Positions 5,961-14,496 of a DNA stretch of 16,658 bases are shown here, piece after piece; within the stretch, counting starts at the first letter, position 1, and every line of letters begins with the position of its first letter. The notes below the pieces were generated by a model. The model worked only from the letters and a program-made list of their open reading frames with translations, made no database searches and was not told the origin of the DNA. Position numbers and translations under genes: made by a program. Source of the DNA: Fibrobacterota bacterium (GTDB lineage Bacteria; Fibrobacterota; Fibrobacteria; UBA11236); the NCBI GenBank assembly GCA_043753995.1, contig JAYUVP010000074.1, positions 1-16,658 of the forward strand, in the 5' to 3' direction.

Positions 5961-7686
5961 GCTTATCAATTTCTCCTAATTCCACTTGCATCGGAAGTCG
6001 GATGGTAACGACGGCGCCCATACCCTGAGGCGACGACAAGTTAATACTTCCCCCTAATATTTGCACATCATGAAGGCAAGTTGCCAGTCCTAATCCGGTA
6101 CCCTGCACCTTGGTGGTGAAGAAAGGCTCAAAAGCGTGGGCCAAAACATCCTCCGTCATGCCCGGTCCATTGTCGGTCATTTCAAGCCTTAACAATTCCC
6201 CTTCCACCTCGGCATGCAGGGATAATTCGCCGGGTTTTCCGTCCAGGGCCTCCAGGGCATTGAGGCCAAGATTGAGTAAAATGCGGTGCAATAAATCAGC
6301 ATCGGTGACCAAGGCTGGGTCCGGAATCGGGCTTGAAGCCATAATCCGCATAGCCCCATTGCGATTGGCGGGGTGATTTTCCAATGCCAATTGCCATTCT
6401 CCCAGGAGCCCGCGCAAGGCGACCGGCCTATTTTGCACTTTGCGCTCGCGTACATAACCCAGCAAATCACTGAGCAGGCGATTCAGCCTTTTGGATTCAT
6501 GGGTGATGAGTTGCAAGAGCTTACGTTCCGATTCCGGCATGCCTGGACTTTCGTCGAGCATTTGCGCGCTTCCCGAAATGCTCGCCAAGGGATTCCGTAT
6601 TTCATGGGCGATTCGGGCCGCCAAGCGCCCCAAGGCAGCCATCCGCTCCTGGTGCAGCATGGCCTCTTCCCATTTTCTCTCGCGAGTGAAATCGAGAAGG
6701 ATGAATACGCTGCCTTGGAATTCACCTGCTTGAAGTAAAGGCTTGTACTGCACATGCAGGGGACGCGCTTCGGGTCCTTCAATGTCCATTTCCGTGAAGG
6801 GAAACAAGGGTCCGTCCAAGCGCATGGCTTGCAGGGATTCGATGTCAAGCAAACCTTTCAGGGCATCCTCCAGGGGCATGCCGCGGCGAAAGGTCACTTT
6901 AAACCAATCGGCGACGGCCTGATTCCAATATTGAAGGTTGAAGGCGGCGTCAAAGAAAAGCACGCCGGTGGGCAATTCATGCAACATATGCGCAAAGCGA
7001 AAGCGCTGCACATCCATGGCACGTTCGGTCCCTTCAAGTTTCCGGCGCATTTCGGCTAGACGTTTGGAACCCTCGGTGGCCAAAAGAGCAACGGCATAAA
7101 ACAAGGTGGTGAAAAGGAAAAAGCGCATTTGCACCCAGTCATTCGGAACCTCGGGCAAGGCATGCTGAAAATTAGGGAGCCAGCCAGTCTGAATGAGGCC
7201 AATGCCACCGAAAAGCATCACAATCAAGGTGGTGAGTATGAAGACCCCGGACACCGGTAAAAACAAGCCACCGATTAAAATGGTCATGATATAGAGCAAG
7301 GCATAGTCGGAGAGGTATCCCCCACCCTGCCAGACTATGGCCGTCTCCAGCGGAACCTCGACTAAAAGCTGCAGGAATAAGGTGCGTGATGGCCGGTCGT
7401 GATTGCGGCGAGCGCGCCAAAGCAATAAAAGCAAGAACAAAACTGTGGTTAGGCCATAAGCTGTGGCCAATACCCGCAAGCCTGGGGAGCCTTCCAAGGT
7501 AATGGAAACGGCATATAAGGCCGCAAACATGAGGCAACGGGAAATGACTATGCCAAGGAGATCGAAACGAGGCTCACTTGCCGGCGCTCCAGAACCGGAG
7601 GAGAAACCCTTGGCCTTTTCTGCCGAAGGTTCCTTGTTGTTTGAATCGCTTTTCCGGGAATCAGCCGAGGGATCCATGGATTCCAT
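5917..7686 (-). CDS. pilS: PilS-like membrane sensor histidine kinase
   Basis: About six TM segments, a PAS-like segment, H-box AARIAHEIRNPLASISGSAQML, N/G1/F/G2 boxes (LNALEA, DNGPGM, FEPFFTTK, GTGLGL). Directly downstream of pilC, with strong SD AAGGAGG. Confidence 0.85.
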   Translation of the reverse strand: MESMDPSADSRKSDSNNKEPSAEKAKGFSSGSGAPASEPRFDLLGIVISRCLMFAALYAVSITLEGSPGLRVLATAYGLTTVLFLLLLLWRARRNHDRPSRTLFLQLLVEVPLETAIVWQGGGYLSDYALLYIMTILIGGLFLPVSGVFILTTLIVMLFGGIGLIQTGWLPNFQHALPEVPNDWVQMRFFLFTTLFYAVALLATEGSKRLAEMRRKLEGTERAMDVQRFRFAHMLHELPTGVLFFDAAFNLQYWNQAVADWFKVTFRRGMPLEDALKGLLDIESLQAMRLDGPLFPFTEMDIEGPEARPLHVQYKPLLQAGEFQGSVFILLDFTRERKWEEAMLHQERMAALGRLAARIAHEIRNPLASISGSAQMLDESPGMPESERKLLQLITHESKRLNRLLSDLLGYVRERKVQNRPVALRGLLGEWQLALENHPANRNGAMRIMASSPIPDPALVTDADLLHRILLNLGLNALEALDGKPGELSLHAEVEGELLRLEMTDNGPGMTEDVLAHAFEPFFTTKVQGTGLGLATCLHDVQILGGSINLSSPQGMGAVVTIRLPMQVELGEIDKHGHKTARIRKMAHS

Positions 7687-7721
7687 TTCACCCTCCTTTT
7701 AAAGCGCCTGAAGTCAATGCT

Positions 7722-8924
7722 TCAGCCGACATTACCCGCCATTTCGAACATGGGCAAATACATGGCCACCAAGACGCCACCGATAATAGATCCGAGGACA
7801 ACAATGACCGCGGGCTCAATTAAGGAGGTGAGATTGTCCACGGCCGCATCGACTTCATCATCGTAAAAGTCGGAAATCTTGATCAACATGTCGGAGAGCC
7901 CACCGGTGCGCTCACCCACCGCAATCATTTGAATCACCATGGGAGGAAAAACGCCCGTGGCTTTCAGGGGGTCGGCTATGGTCTGGCCACCGGAAATGCT
8001 TTCCAAGGTGCGGTAAATGCCTTGCTCCAAGACCTTATTGCCAGCCGTTCTCGCCGTGACTTGCAGGGCATCGATGATGGAGACGCCGGAATTGAGCAAG
8101 GTTCCCAGAGTGCGGGTGAATCGGCTCACGCAGGATTTGCGTTCCAGGTCACCGAAAACCGGCGCTTGCAGCAAAAATCCATCGAATTTCAATCGCCCTT
8201 TTTCGGTTTTATAAAAGCGTGTGAAGGCAAAAGCGCCCATGCCAGCGGCCATGATGAGCATGAGAAACCAATGTCGTAAAAAGTCGCTGATACCCATGAC
8301 TATGCGGGTTGGCATGGGCAGGCTATGCCCGCTTTCTTGGAACATGCCGGCAAAAATGGGCACAACGAAAATCATGAGCACGGCCACCGCGACGGCGGCG
8401 ACAATGGCGACGATGATGGGATAGGTCATGGCGCCTTTGATTTTGCGGCGCAAGGCATCGGCCTTTTCTTGATACTCGGCGAGGCGCATGAGAATGGTAT
8501 CGAGAATACCGCCAGCCTCGCCTGCGGCTATCATCTGACAATAAAGCTCAGAAAAGATTTTCTTGTGCTTGGAAAGAGAATCGGCGAGGGTGCCGCCCCC
8601 TTGAATGTCGGCGGCGACCTGCTGTATGGATTGCTTCAGGGCAGGATGTTCGGTTTGCTCGGCAAGAATGTCAAGGCATTGAATAAGGGGCAGACCCGCC
8701 GAAGTCATGGCCGAGAATTGGCGCGTGAAACGGGCTAAATCCTTGAGGGGAACGCCACCTCCCATGCCTGCGAAAAGCCCACCGCCAGCCTTTTTCTTAA
8801 TCGTGTCGGCACGGATTCGTTTCTTTCGCAGCAAGGCCTGCACCTCATCGCGCGAGCCAGCTTCGACTTCGCCCGAAACCTCTTTGCCATTGGTGGCCTT
8901 GCCTTTATAAATCCACTTCGCCAT
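7722..8924 (-). CDS. pilC: Type IV pilus inner-membrane platform protein PilC (GspF family)
   Basis: FTRQFSAMTSAGLPL, AGEAGGILDTIL, KIKGAMTYP, FPPMVIQMIAVGERTG, LIEP, AMYLPMF. Confidence 0.96.
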   Translation of the reverse strand: MAKWIYKGKATNGKEVSGEVEAGSRDEVQALLRKKRIRADTIKKKAGGGLFAGMGGGVPLKDLARFTRQFSAMTSAGLPLIQCLDILAEQTEHPALKQSIQQVAADIQGGGTLADSLSKHKKIFSELYCQMIAAGEAGGILDTILMRLAEYQEKADALRRKIKGAMTYPIIVAIVAAVAVAVLMIFVVPIFAGMFQESGHSLPMPTRIVMGISDFLRHWFLMLIMAAGMGAFAFTRFYKTEKGRLKFDGFLLQAPVFGDLERKSCVSRFTRTLGTLLNSGVSIIDALQVTARTAGNKVLEQGIYRTLESISGGQTIADPLKATGVFPPMVIQMIAVGERTGGLSDMLIKISDFYDDEVDAAVDNLTSLIEPAVIVVLGSIIGGVLVAMYLPMFEMAGNVG

Positions 8925-8953
8925 GCTCGTCTAGTCCTTGGGTATGCGGAGTT

Positions 8954-10027
8954 TCAGCGTCCGTCCCGGAAATTGCCCACCAACAATCGTTCCAAATGCT
9001 CGGGATCATTGGAACGATACATTGCCACGCTGCGCTCCACCTTGCGCTGTTGCACCAATTCAGCGAGTTTGGAATTCATAGTGGCCATGCCGAATTTAGC
9101 TCCGGCTTCGATGGCACTCTGGATTTGATGCACCTTGTCGTCGCGAATCATAGCACGTATCGCGGGTGTCACGGTCATGATTTCCATGGCGAGAATACGA
9201 CCGCCGCCGACTTTAGGCAGCAGGGCCTGGCTGATCACGCCCTGTAAAACAAAGGAAAGCTGGGTGCGCACCTGTGATTTTGCTCCCGAAGGAAAGGCGT
9301 CAACGATGCGGTTGATGGTTTGGGCTGCCGAATTGGTATGCAAGGTGGCCAAGGTAAGATGCCCGGTTTCCGCGATGGAAAGAGCCGCTTCCATGGTTTC
9401 GGTATCGCGCAACTCACCAATGAGAACCACATCTGGATCTTGGCGCAAGGCTACGCGCAAGGCCGAGGCAAAGGTGTCGGTATCGCTGCGCACTTCGCGC
9501 TGGTTGACAATGCATTTTTTGTGCTTATGCACGAATTCGATGGGGTCTTCTACCGTAAGGATGTGGCCTTCCATCTCGGAATTGATTTTGTCGACCATGG
9601 CGGCTAGAGTGGTCGATTTGCCGCTGCCCGTCGGCCCAGTGACTAGCACCAAACCGGATGGTTTTTCGGTGAACTCCGTGACAATCGGAGGAAGGCCCAG
9701 GCTTTCCAGGCTTTGAATTTCAAAAGGAATGAGACGAATCGCCAACGAAACGCAGCCGCGTTGCAAATACACATTGGCGCGAAAACGGGCGAGGTTGGCA
9801 ATGCCGAAGGAAAAATCGAATTCCTTTTTTTGCTCAAAGCTCTTCCTTTGGCCTTCATTCATCACGCCATAGGCCAGTCGAAGGCAATCTTCGGGGCCTA
9901 GCGGGTCAAGCATCAGGGGTCTTAAATCACCGTGCAAACGCAATAAAGGCGGTTTTCCCGTGGTGATATGCAGATCCGAAGACCCGGTTTCGACCATTTT
10001 GCTGAGTAATTCTTGAATGCTGACCAT
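8954..10027 (-). CDS. pilT: Type IV pilus retraction ATPase PilT
   Basis: SDLHI, RFRANVY, Walker A GPTGSGKST, TVEDPIEF, LRQDPDVVLIGELRD, AETGHL, and an AIRNLIRE-like AIRAMIRDDK motif. Confidence 0.96.
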   Translation of the reverse strand: MVSIQELLSKMVETGSSDLHITTGKPPLLRLHGDLRPLMLDPLGPEDCLRLAYGVMNEGQRKSFEQKKEFDFSFGIANLARFRANVYLQRGCVSLAIRLIPFEIQSLESLGLPPIVTEFTEKPSGLVLVTGPTGSGKSTTLAAMVDKINSEMEGHILTVEDPIEFVHKHKKCIVNQREVRSDTDTFASALRVALRQDPDVVLIGELRDTETMEAALSIAETGHLTLATLHTNSAAQTINRIVDAFPSGAKSQVRTQLSFVLQGVISQALLPKVGGGRILAMEIMTVTPAIRAMIRDDKVHQIQSAIEAGAKFGMATMNSKLAELVQQRKVERSVAMYRSNDPEHLERLLVGNFRDGR

Positions 10028-10066
10028 GGACCTATGCCTTATTTCAGTTTCTTGACCCTCATTGTA

Positions 10067-11791
10067 CTATTCAGCCGTGGTCTTGATCACCTCATCAAAG
10101 GTGGTAAGTCCCTGCCGAAGCCTTGTCACCGCCGACATACGCAAATTATGAATCCCCTCTTGAATCGATTGTTTTTCGATTTCGTCTGGGGTGGCTCTAT
10201 CGATGATAAGCTTTCGCACGCCGTCGGAAACCGGCAAAACCTGATGAATAGCACAACGGCCTTTGAAGCCGCTATTGCCGCAAGAAGTGCAGCCTTTGCC
10301 TTGATACCAAGTAAAGCTCGCCGCTTCCTCGGGTGACAAGCCGAGCGAGGCCAAAATATCCGCCGGCGGCGGCTTGACTTCCTCCTTGCAATTCGGACAA
10401 ACCTTGCGTAATAGCCTCTGTGCGATGACCAGGCGCACCGAACTGGCCACCAAAAAGGGCTCAATGCCCATGTCCACCAAGCGGGTAATGGTGCTGGGTG
10501 CGTCATTGGTATGCAAGGTCGAAAGCACCAAGTGGCCGGTTAAGGCCGCCTTGATGGCGATTTGCGAAGTCTCCAAATCGCGCACCTCACCCACCATGAT
10601 GATATCGGGATCTTGGCGCAAGAACGATTTCAAGGCGGCAGCGAAGGTTAGGCCGACATCATTGTTGACATTGACCTGATTGATGCCTTCGAGATTGTAT
10701 TCGACCGGGTCTTCGGCCGTCATGATATTGGTATCGGGGGTATTCAATGCCGCGATGGCTGAATAAAGGGTCGTCGATTTACCGCTACCCGTCGGGCCAG
10801 TGACCAAAATCATGCCATAGGGAGAATTCAGGGCGATTTTAAAGTCTTTCAGCGATCTCTCACTGAAGCCCATTTTATTCAGATCCAAGTTGAGATTGTC
10901 CTGATCGAGAATACGCATCACCACTTTTTCGCCGAATATGGTCGGCAGGGTCGAGACGCGTAAATCAATTTTTTTGTGACCGAAGGCGAGTTTAATGCGT
11001 CCGTCCTGAGGCAGACGCCGCTCGGCAATGTCGAGATTGGCCATGATTTTAACGCGCGAAACGATGGCACCGCGCAATTTATAAGGCAAGGTGGTTTGCT
11101 CAATGAGGGTGCCATCAATGCGATAACGAACACGTATGGTTTTTTCGAAGGATTCGATATGAATATCCGAGGCCTTCACCTTCACCGCATCGGATAGCAC
11201 CTTGTTGACGAGGCGAACCAAGGGCGCCTCGGTTGCCTGATAATCGCTGGCCTCCTCGGCACTTTCGTCAGACACGACCTCCATGGTGGCGTCTTCGACG
11301 TCTTGCAGAATATTTTGGATTTCGCCGTGATTGACCTTGGAGGTGTAATAGCGGTCCAAGGCCTTGCGCAACTGCGATTCAGGGGTCATCCAAAGCTTGA
11401 TTTGGCAGCCCGTGATAAACTTTATGGTGTCAATCAAGCCAAGATTGCGTGGATCGGCGGTCACCACATGGATGACTTGACCTTCGCGTTGCACCGGCAA
11501 AACGCCATGCTTGATGGCCATGTCTTCGGGAACGAGGCCGAGCACATCAGGTGAGATTTCGTATTCCAAAAGGTTGGGGACGACCTGGCAATTGATTTGC
11601 GCCGCCAACTGGTAGACGATGGCATCGATGTTTTCGATGGCCCCGGAAGCCACCAGATTTTCACCCAGGGAGCCGCCTTTTTCGCGTTGGCGCGCCAGGG
11701 CCGCTTGTAATTGATCGAGTTGAACGATGCCGTCACGGAGGAGTATTTCCCCCAAGCGCTCGCCCATGGCATTGGTAGTCGGTGCGGACAC
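10067..11791 (-). CDS. pilB: Type IV pilus assembly ATPase PilB with N-terminal MshEN domain
   Basis: ASDIHIE, LDIAERRLPQDGR, GPTGSGKST, EDPVEY, LRQDPDIIMVGEVRD, tetra-Cys CPNC..CTSC. Start is GTG 11791 or ATG 11767. Confidence 0.96.
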   Translation of the reverse strand: MSAPTTNAMGERLGEILLRDGIVQLDQLQAALARQREKGGSLGENLVASGAIENIDAIVYQLAAQINCQVVPNLLEYEISPDVLGLVPEDMAIKHGVLPVQREGQVIHVVTADPRNLGLIDTIKFITGCQIKLWMTPESQLRKALDRYYTSKVNHGEIQNILQDVEDATMEVVSDESAEEASDYQATEAPLVRLVNKVLSDAVKVKASDIHIESFEKTIRVRYRIDGTLIEQTTLPYKLRGAIVSRVKIMANLDIAERRLPQDGRIKLAFGHKKIDLRVSTLPTIFGEKVVMRILDQDNLNLDLNKMGFSERSLKDFKIALNSPYGMILVTGPTGSGKSTTLYSAIAALNTPDTNIMTAEDPVEYNLEGINQVNVNNDVGLTFAAALKSFLRQDPDIIMVGEVRDLETSQIAIKAALTGHLVLSTLHTNDAPSTITRLVDMGIEPFLVASSVRLVIAQRLLRKVCPNCKEEVKPPPADILASLGLSPEEAASFTWYQGKGCTSCGNSGFKGRCAIHQVLPVSDGVRKLIIDRATPDEIEKQSIQEGIHNLRMSAVTRLRQGLTTFDEVIKTTAE

Positions 11792-11876
11792 GATGTCTTT
11801 TCGGCAGGCAGGGTCAAAAAAGCTTGCCCGCCAGTTGGCTATATTCTAGGACACGTCAGCGTGACGTACCACAACT

Positions 11877-12365
11877 ATGCCGCGTCATCTCACCTTTTTC
11901 TCCATTTCACTTGCCTTGGCTTTAACCTTGGGCTGTCAGGACAAACGTCCTCGCAGTGGCGAAGCCCCCATCCTTACTCTGAAGACTTACGCCGGTGAAA
12001 CCATGGTCGTGGACGGCAAAGATGCGAAAGCGACCTTGCTGGTTTTCTGGGCGACTTGGTGTGGTCCCTGCATTATGGAGATGCCAAGCCTTATTGCCTT
12101 GAATGCCAAGCTTAAAGACCGCGGCTTTCGCGTCATTTCCATCAATGTGGACGATCCTACAGGCAACAAAGCCTTGCCAATACTAAAGCGCGAAGGTGTC
12201 GATTACCCTGTCCTCATTGGCGATGAAGAGGACATGAAGACTTATGGAGGCATCGAGGCCTTGCCCACTTCTTTTCTCATCAGTAGCGACGGGATTTTAC
12301 GCGACAAGATTCGCGGCCTCTTGCCAGAAGAAGAGCTGGAGCGACGCATTTTGAGCTTACTTTGA
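11877..12365 (+). CDS. TlpA/ResA-family thiol-disulfide oxidoreductase, probable lipoprotein
   Basis: FWATWCGPCIMEMPSL, cis-Pro motif ALPTSFLI, lipobox-like LTLGC after a hydrophobic signal. Confidence 0.92.
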   Translation: MPRHLTFFSISLALALTLGCQDKRPRSGEAPILTLKTYAGETMVVDGKDAKATLLVFWATWCGPCIMEMPSLIALNAKLKDRGFRVISINVDDPTGNKALPILKREGVDYPVLIGDEEDMKTYGGIEALPTSFLISSDGILRDKIRGLLPEEELERRILSLL

Positions 12366-12374
12366 GGCTTCATT

Positions 12375-12404
12375 TTCAGGGCGAAATCCCTGAATTACTA
12401 CTTT
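12375..12404 (+). terminator. Possible terminator hairpin after the tlpA-like gene
   Basis: TTCAGGG-CGAAAT-CCCTGAA followed by TTACTACTTT (weak U-tract). Confidence 0.4.
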
Positions 12405-12442
12405 GACGGATGTCCATTTCCCCGAATATTGGCGAGTTAACC

Positions 12443-13858
12443 ATGGGTAAAAACCTCTACAACAAGGTCTTCGACCAACACACCGTCACCCGTTTGCAGT
12501 CCGGGCAATACCAGGTTTTTATCGGCCTGCACTTGGTGCATGAGGTGACCTCACCTCAAGCTTTTTCGATGATTCGCGATCGCGGCCTCAAGGTTCGCTA
12601 TCCCGGACGCACCTTCGCCACCGTCGATCATATCATTCCCACCGCCCTTTCCCAGCGCAAACGTCCCTTGCAGGATGGCTTGGCCGAAGAAATGCTGGTG
12701 GCCATCGAGCAAAACACCAAGGAATACGGCATTTCCTTTTTTGACACCGCCTCGGGCGATCAAGGCGTGGTACATGTCGTCGGCCCGGAATTGGGATTGA
12801 CTCAGCCAGGCATGACCATAGCCTGTGGCGACAGCCATACCAGCACCCACGGTGCTTTCGGTTCCTTGGCTTTCGGCATTGGCACCAGCCAAGTCGCCGA
12901 AATTTTGGCTACCCAAACCATGAGCTTATCCCGCCTCAAGGTGCGTCGCATTGACGTCACGGGTAAGCTTCGCCCTGGCGTTTATGCCAAAGATGTCATC
13001 CTTGCCATCATTCACAAGCTCGGCGTCAATGGCGGCGTGGGATATGCTTATGAATTCGGCGGATCGGTCATAGAAGCCTTCACCATGGAAGAGCGCATGA
13101 CCGTGTGCAATATGTCCATCGAAGGTGGAGCACGCATCGGCTATATCAACCCGGATGAAACCACTTTCGCCTATCTAAAAGGCCGCCGCTATTCGCCCCA
13201 GGGAGCCGGCTGGGACAAAGCCATCGCCTCCTGGAAATCCATAGCGTCGGATGCTGATGCCGTTTATGACGATCGCGTCACCTTGGATGGTAGTAGTCTC
13301 GAACCTTTTGTGACCTGGGGCATTACCCCAGCGCAAAGCCTACCGGTTTCGGGCCGCATCCCTGCCGTCAGCGATTATTCCAGCGATGAGCAGCCCCTGG
13401 TGAGCGAAGCTCTGGATTATATGGGCCTCAAAGCAGGTGAAAAACTGGAAGGCCAGCCCATCGACGTGGTCTTTATCGGCTCCTGCACCAATGGCCGCAT
13501 TTCCGACATTCGTGAAGTGGCACGCTTGGTGAAGGGCAAAAAAGTCGCTGCTGGCGTACAAGCCTTGGTGGTGCCCGGATCGCAAGATGTGCAAAGGCAG
13601 GCTGTAGCCGAGGGGTTACCCGAAGTCTTGACCGCCGCGGGTTTCGAATGGCGTGAGCCAGGTTGCTCCATGTGCCTCGCCATGAATCCAGACAAGCTCA
13701 AGGACAGGCAAGTTTGCGCCTCGACCAGCAATCGCAATTTTAAAGGACGCCAAGGTTCTTCGACCGGACGCACCTTGCTCATGAGCCCCGCTATGGCCGC
13801 CGCTGCTGCCGTGGAAGGCAAAGTAGCCGATGCTCGCCGTGTTTTCGCCCTGGCCTGA
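12443..13858 (+). CDS. leuC: 3-isopropylmalate dehydratase large subunit
   Basis: [53 protein letters not shown]. Start is ATG 12443 (family-typical N-terminus) or 12410. Confidence 0.97.
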   Translation: MGKNLYNKVFDQHTVTRLQSGQYQVFIGLHLVHEVTSPQAFSMIRDRGLKVRYPGRTFATVDHIIPTALSQRKRPLQDGLAEEMLVAIEQNTKEYGISFFDTASGDQGVVHVVGPELGLTQPGMTIACGDSHTSTHGAFGSLAFGIGTSQVAEILATQTMSLSRLKVRRIDVTGKLRPGVYAKDVILAIIHKLGVNGGVGYAYEFGGSVIEAFTMEERMTVCNMSIEGGARIGYINPDETTFAYLKGRRYSPQGAGWDKAIASWKSIASDADAVYDDRVTLDGSSLEPFVTWGITPAQSLPVSGRIPAVSDYSSDEQPLVSEALDYMGLKAGEKLEGQPIDVVFIGSCTNGRISDIREVARLVKGKKVAAGVQALVVPGSQDVQRQAVAEGLPEVLTAAGFEWREPGCSMCLAMNPDKLKDRQVCASTSNRNFKGRQGSSTGRTLLMSPAMAAAAAVEGKVADARRVFALA

Positions 13859-13871
13859 TGAGGATAAGACC

Positions 13872-14486
13872 ATGACCACTTCCGAAAAAAACGCCATTGT
13901 CTCCCAAGTCACCGGTCGCGCCGTTCCTGTGCGTGGCCATGACGTCGACACCGATCGCATCATCCCTGCTCGCTTTTTGCGCTGCGTGGTTTTCGACGGT
14001 CTGGGTGCCCATGCTTTTGAAGACGATCGCCTTCAGCTCAAGGCCAAGGGCCAAACCCATCCCTTTGACGACGGGCGCTATCAGGGCGGAGCCATTCTTT
14101 TCGCAAATAAGAATTTCGGTTGCGGCTCTTCGCGTGAGCATGCCCCGCAAGCCCTCATGCGTTGGGGCATTAAGGCCATCGTCGGCGAAAGCTTTGCCGA
14201 AATTTTCTTCGGCAATTGCGTTTCCCTGGGCATTCCCTGCGTGACCGTCGATGAGGCGGCCGCAGCCCAATTGATGGAAGCAGGCGAGAAAAATCCTGCC
14301 GCTGCTTTCACACTCGATTTAGAGGCGTTGAAAATATCGGGTCCGATTTCATTGCCGGTGCAAATGGCCGAAGGGCCACGTAAGCAATTCTTGACTGGCC
14401 GTTGGAATTCCCTGAACGAATTGCTGGAAAACACCGCCGCCATCGATTCGGTTGCGGCTCGGCTATCCTACGTGTCGGGATGGTAA
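13872..14486 (+). CDS. leuD: 3-isopropylmalate dehydratase small subunit
   Basis: DVDTDRIIPARFL, NFGCGSSREHAPQAL, SFAEIFFGN. SD GAGGA precedes the ATG at 13872. Confidence 0.97.
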   Translation: MTTSEKNAIVSQVTGRAVPVRGHDVDTDRIIPARFLRCVVFDGLGAHAFEDDRLQLKAKGQTHPFDDGRYQGGAILFANKNFGCGSSREHAPQALMRWGIKAIVGESFAEIFFGNCVSLGIPCVTVDEAAAAQLMEAGEKNPAAAFTLDLEALKISGPISLPVQMAEGPRKQFLTGRWNSLNELLENTAAIDSVAARLSYVSGW

Positions 14487-14496
14487 ACTCCTTTTC

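Noticed and set aside
7708..7725. CTGAAG/CTTCAG hairpin over the pilC stop
   Set aside because: Only 6 bp with no adjacent U-tract; not supportable as a terminator.
11798..11825. GCCGAAAA as a sigma28 -10 upstream of pilB
   Set aside because: No TAAA/TCAA at 15-nt spacing.
12366..12442. Leucine attenuator or T-box upstream of leuC
   Set aside because: The gap is only 77 nt, with no Leu-rich leader peptide or T-box consensus.
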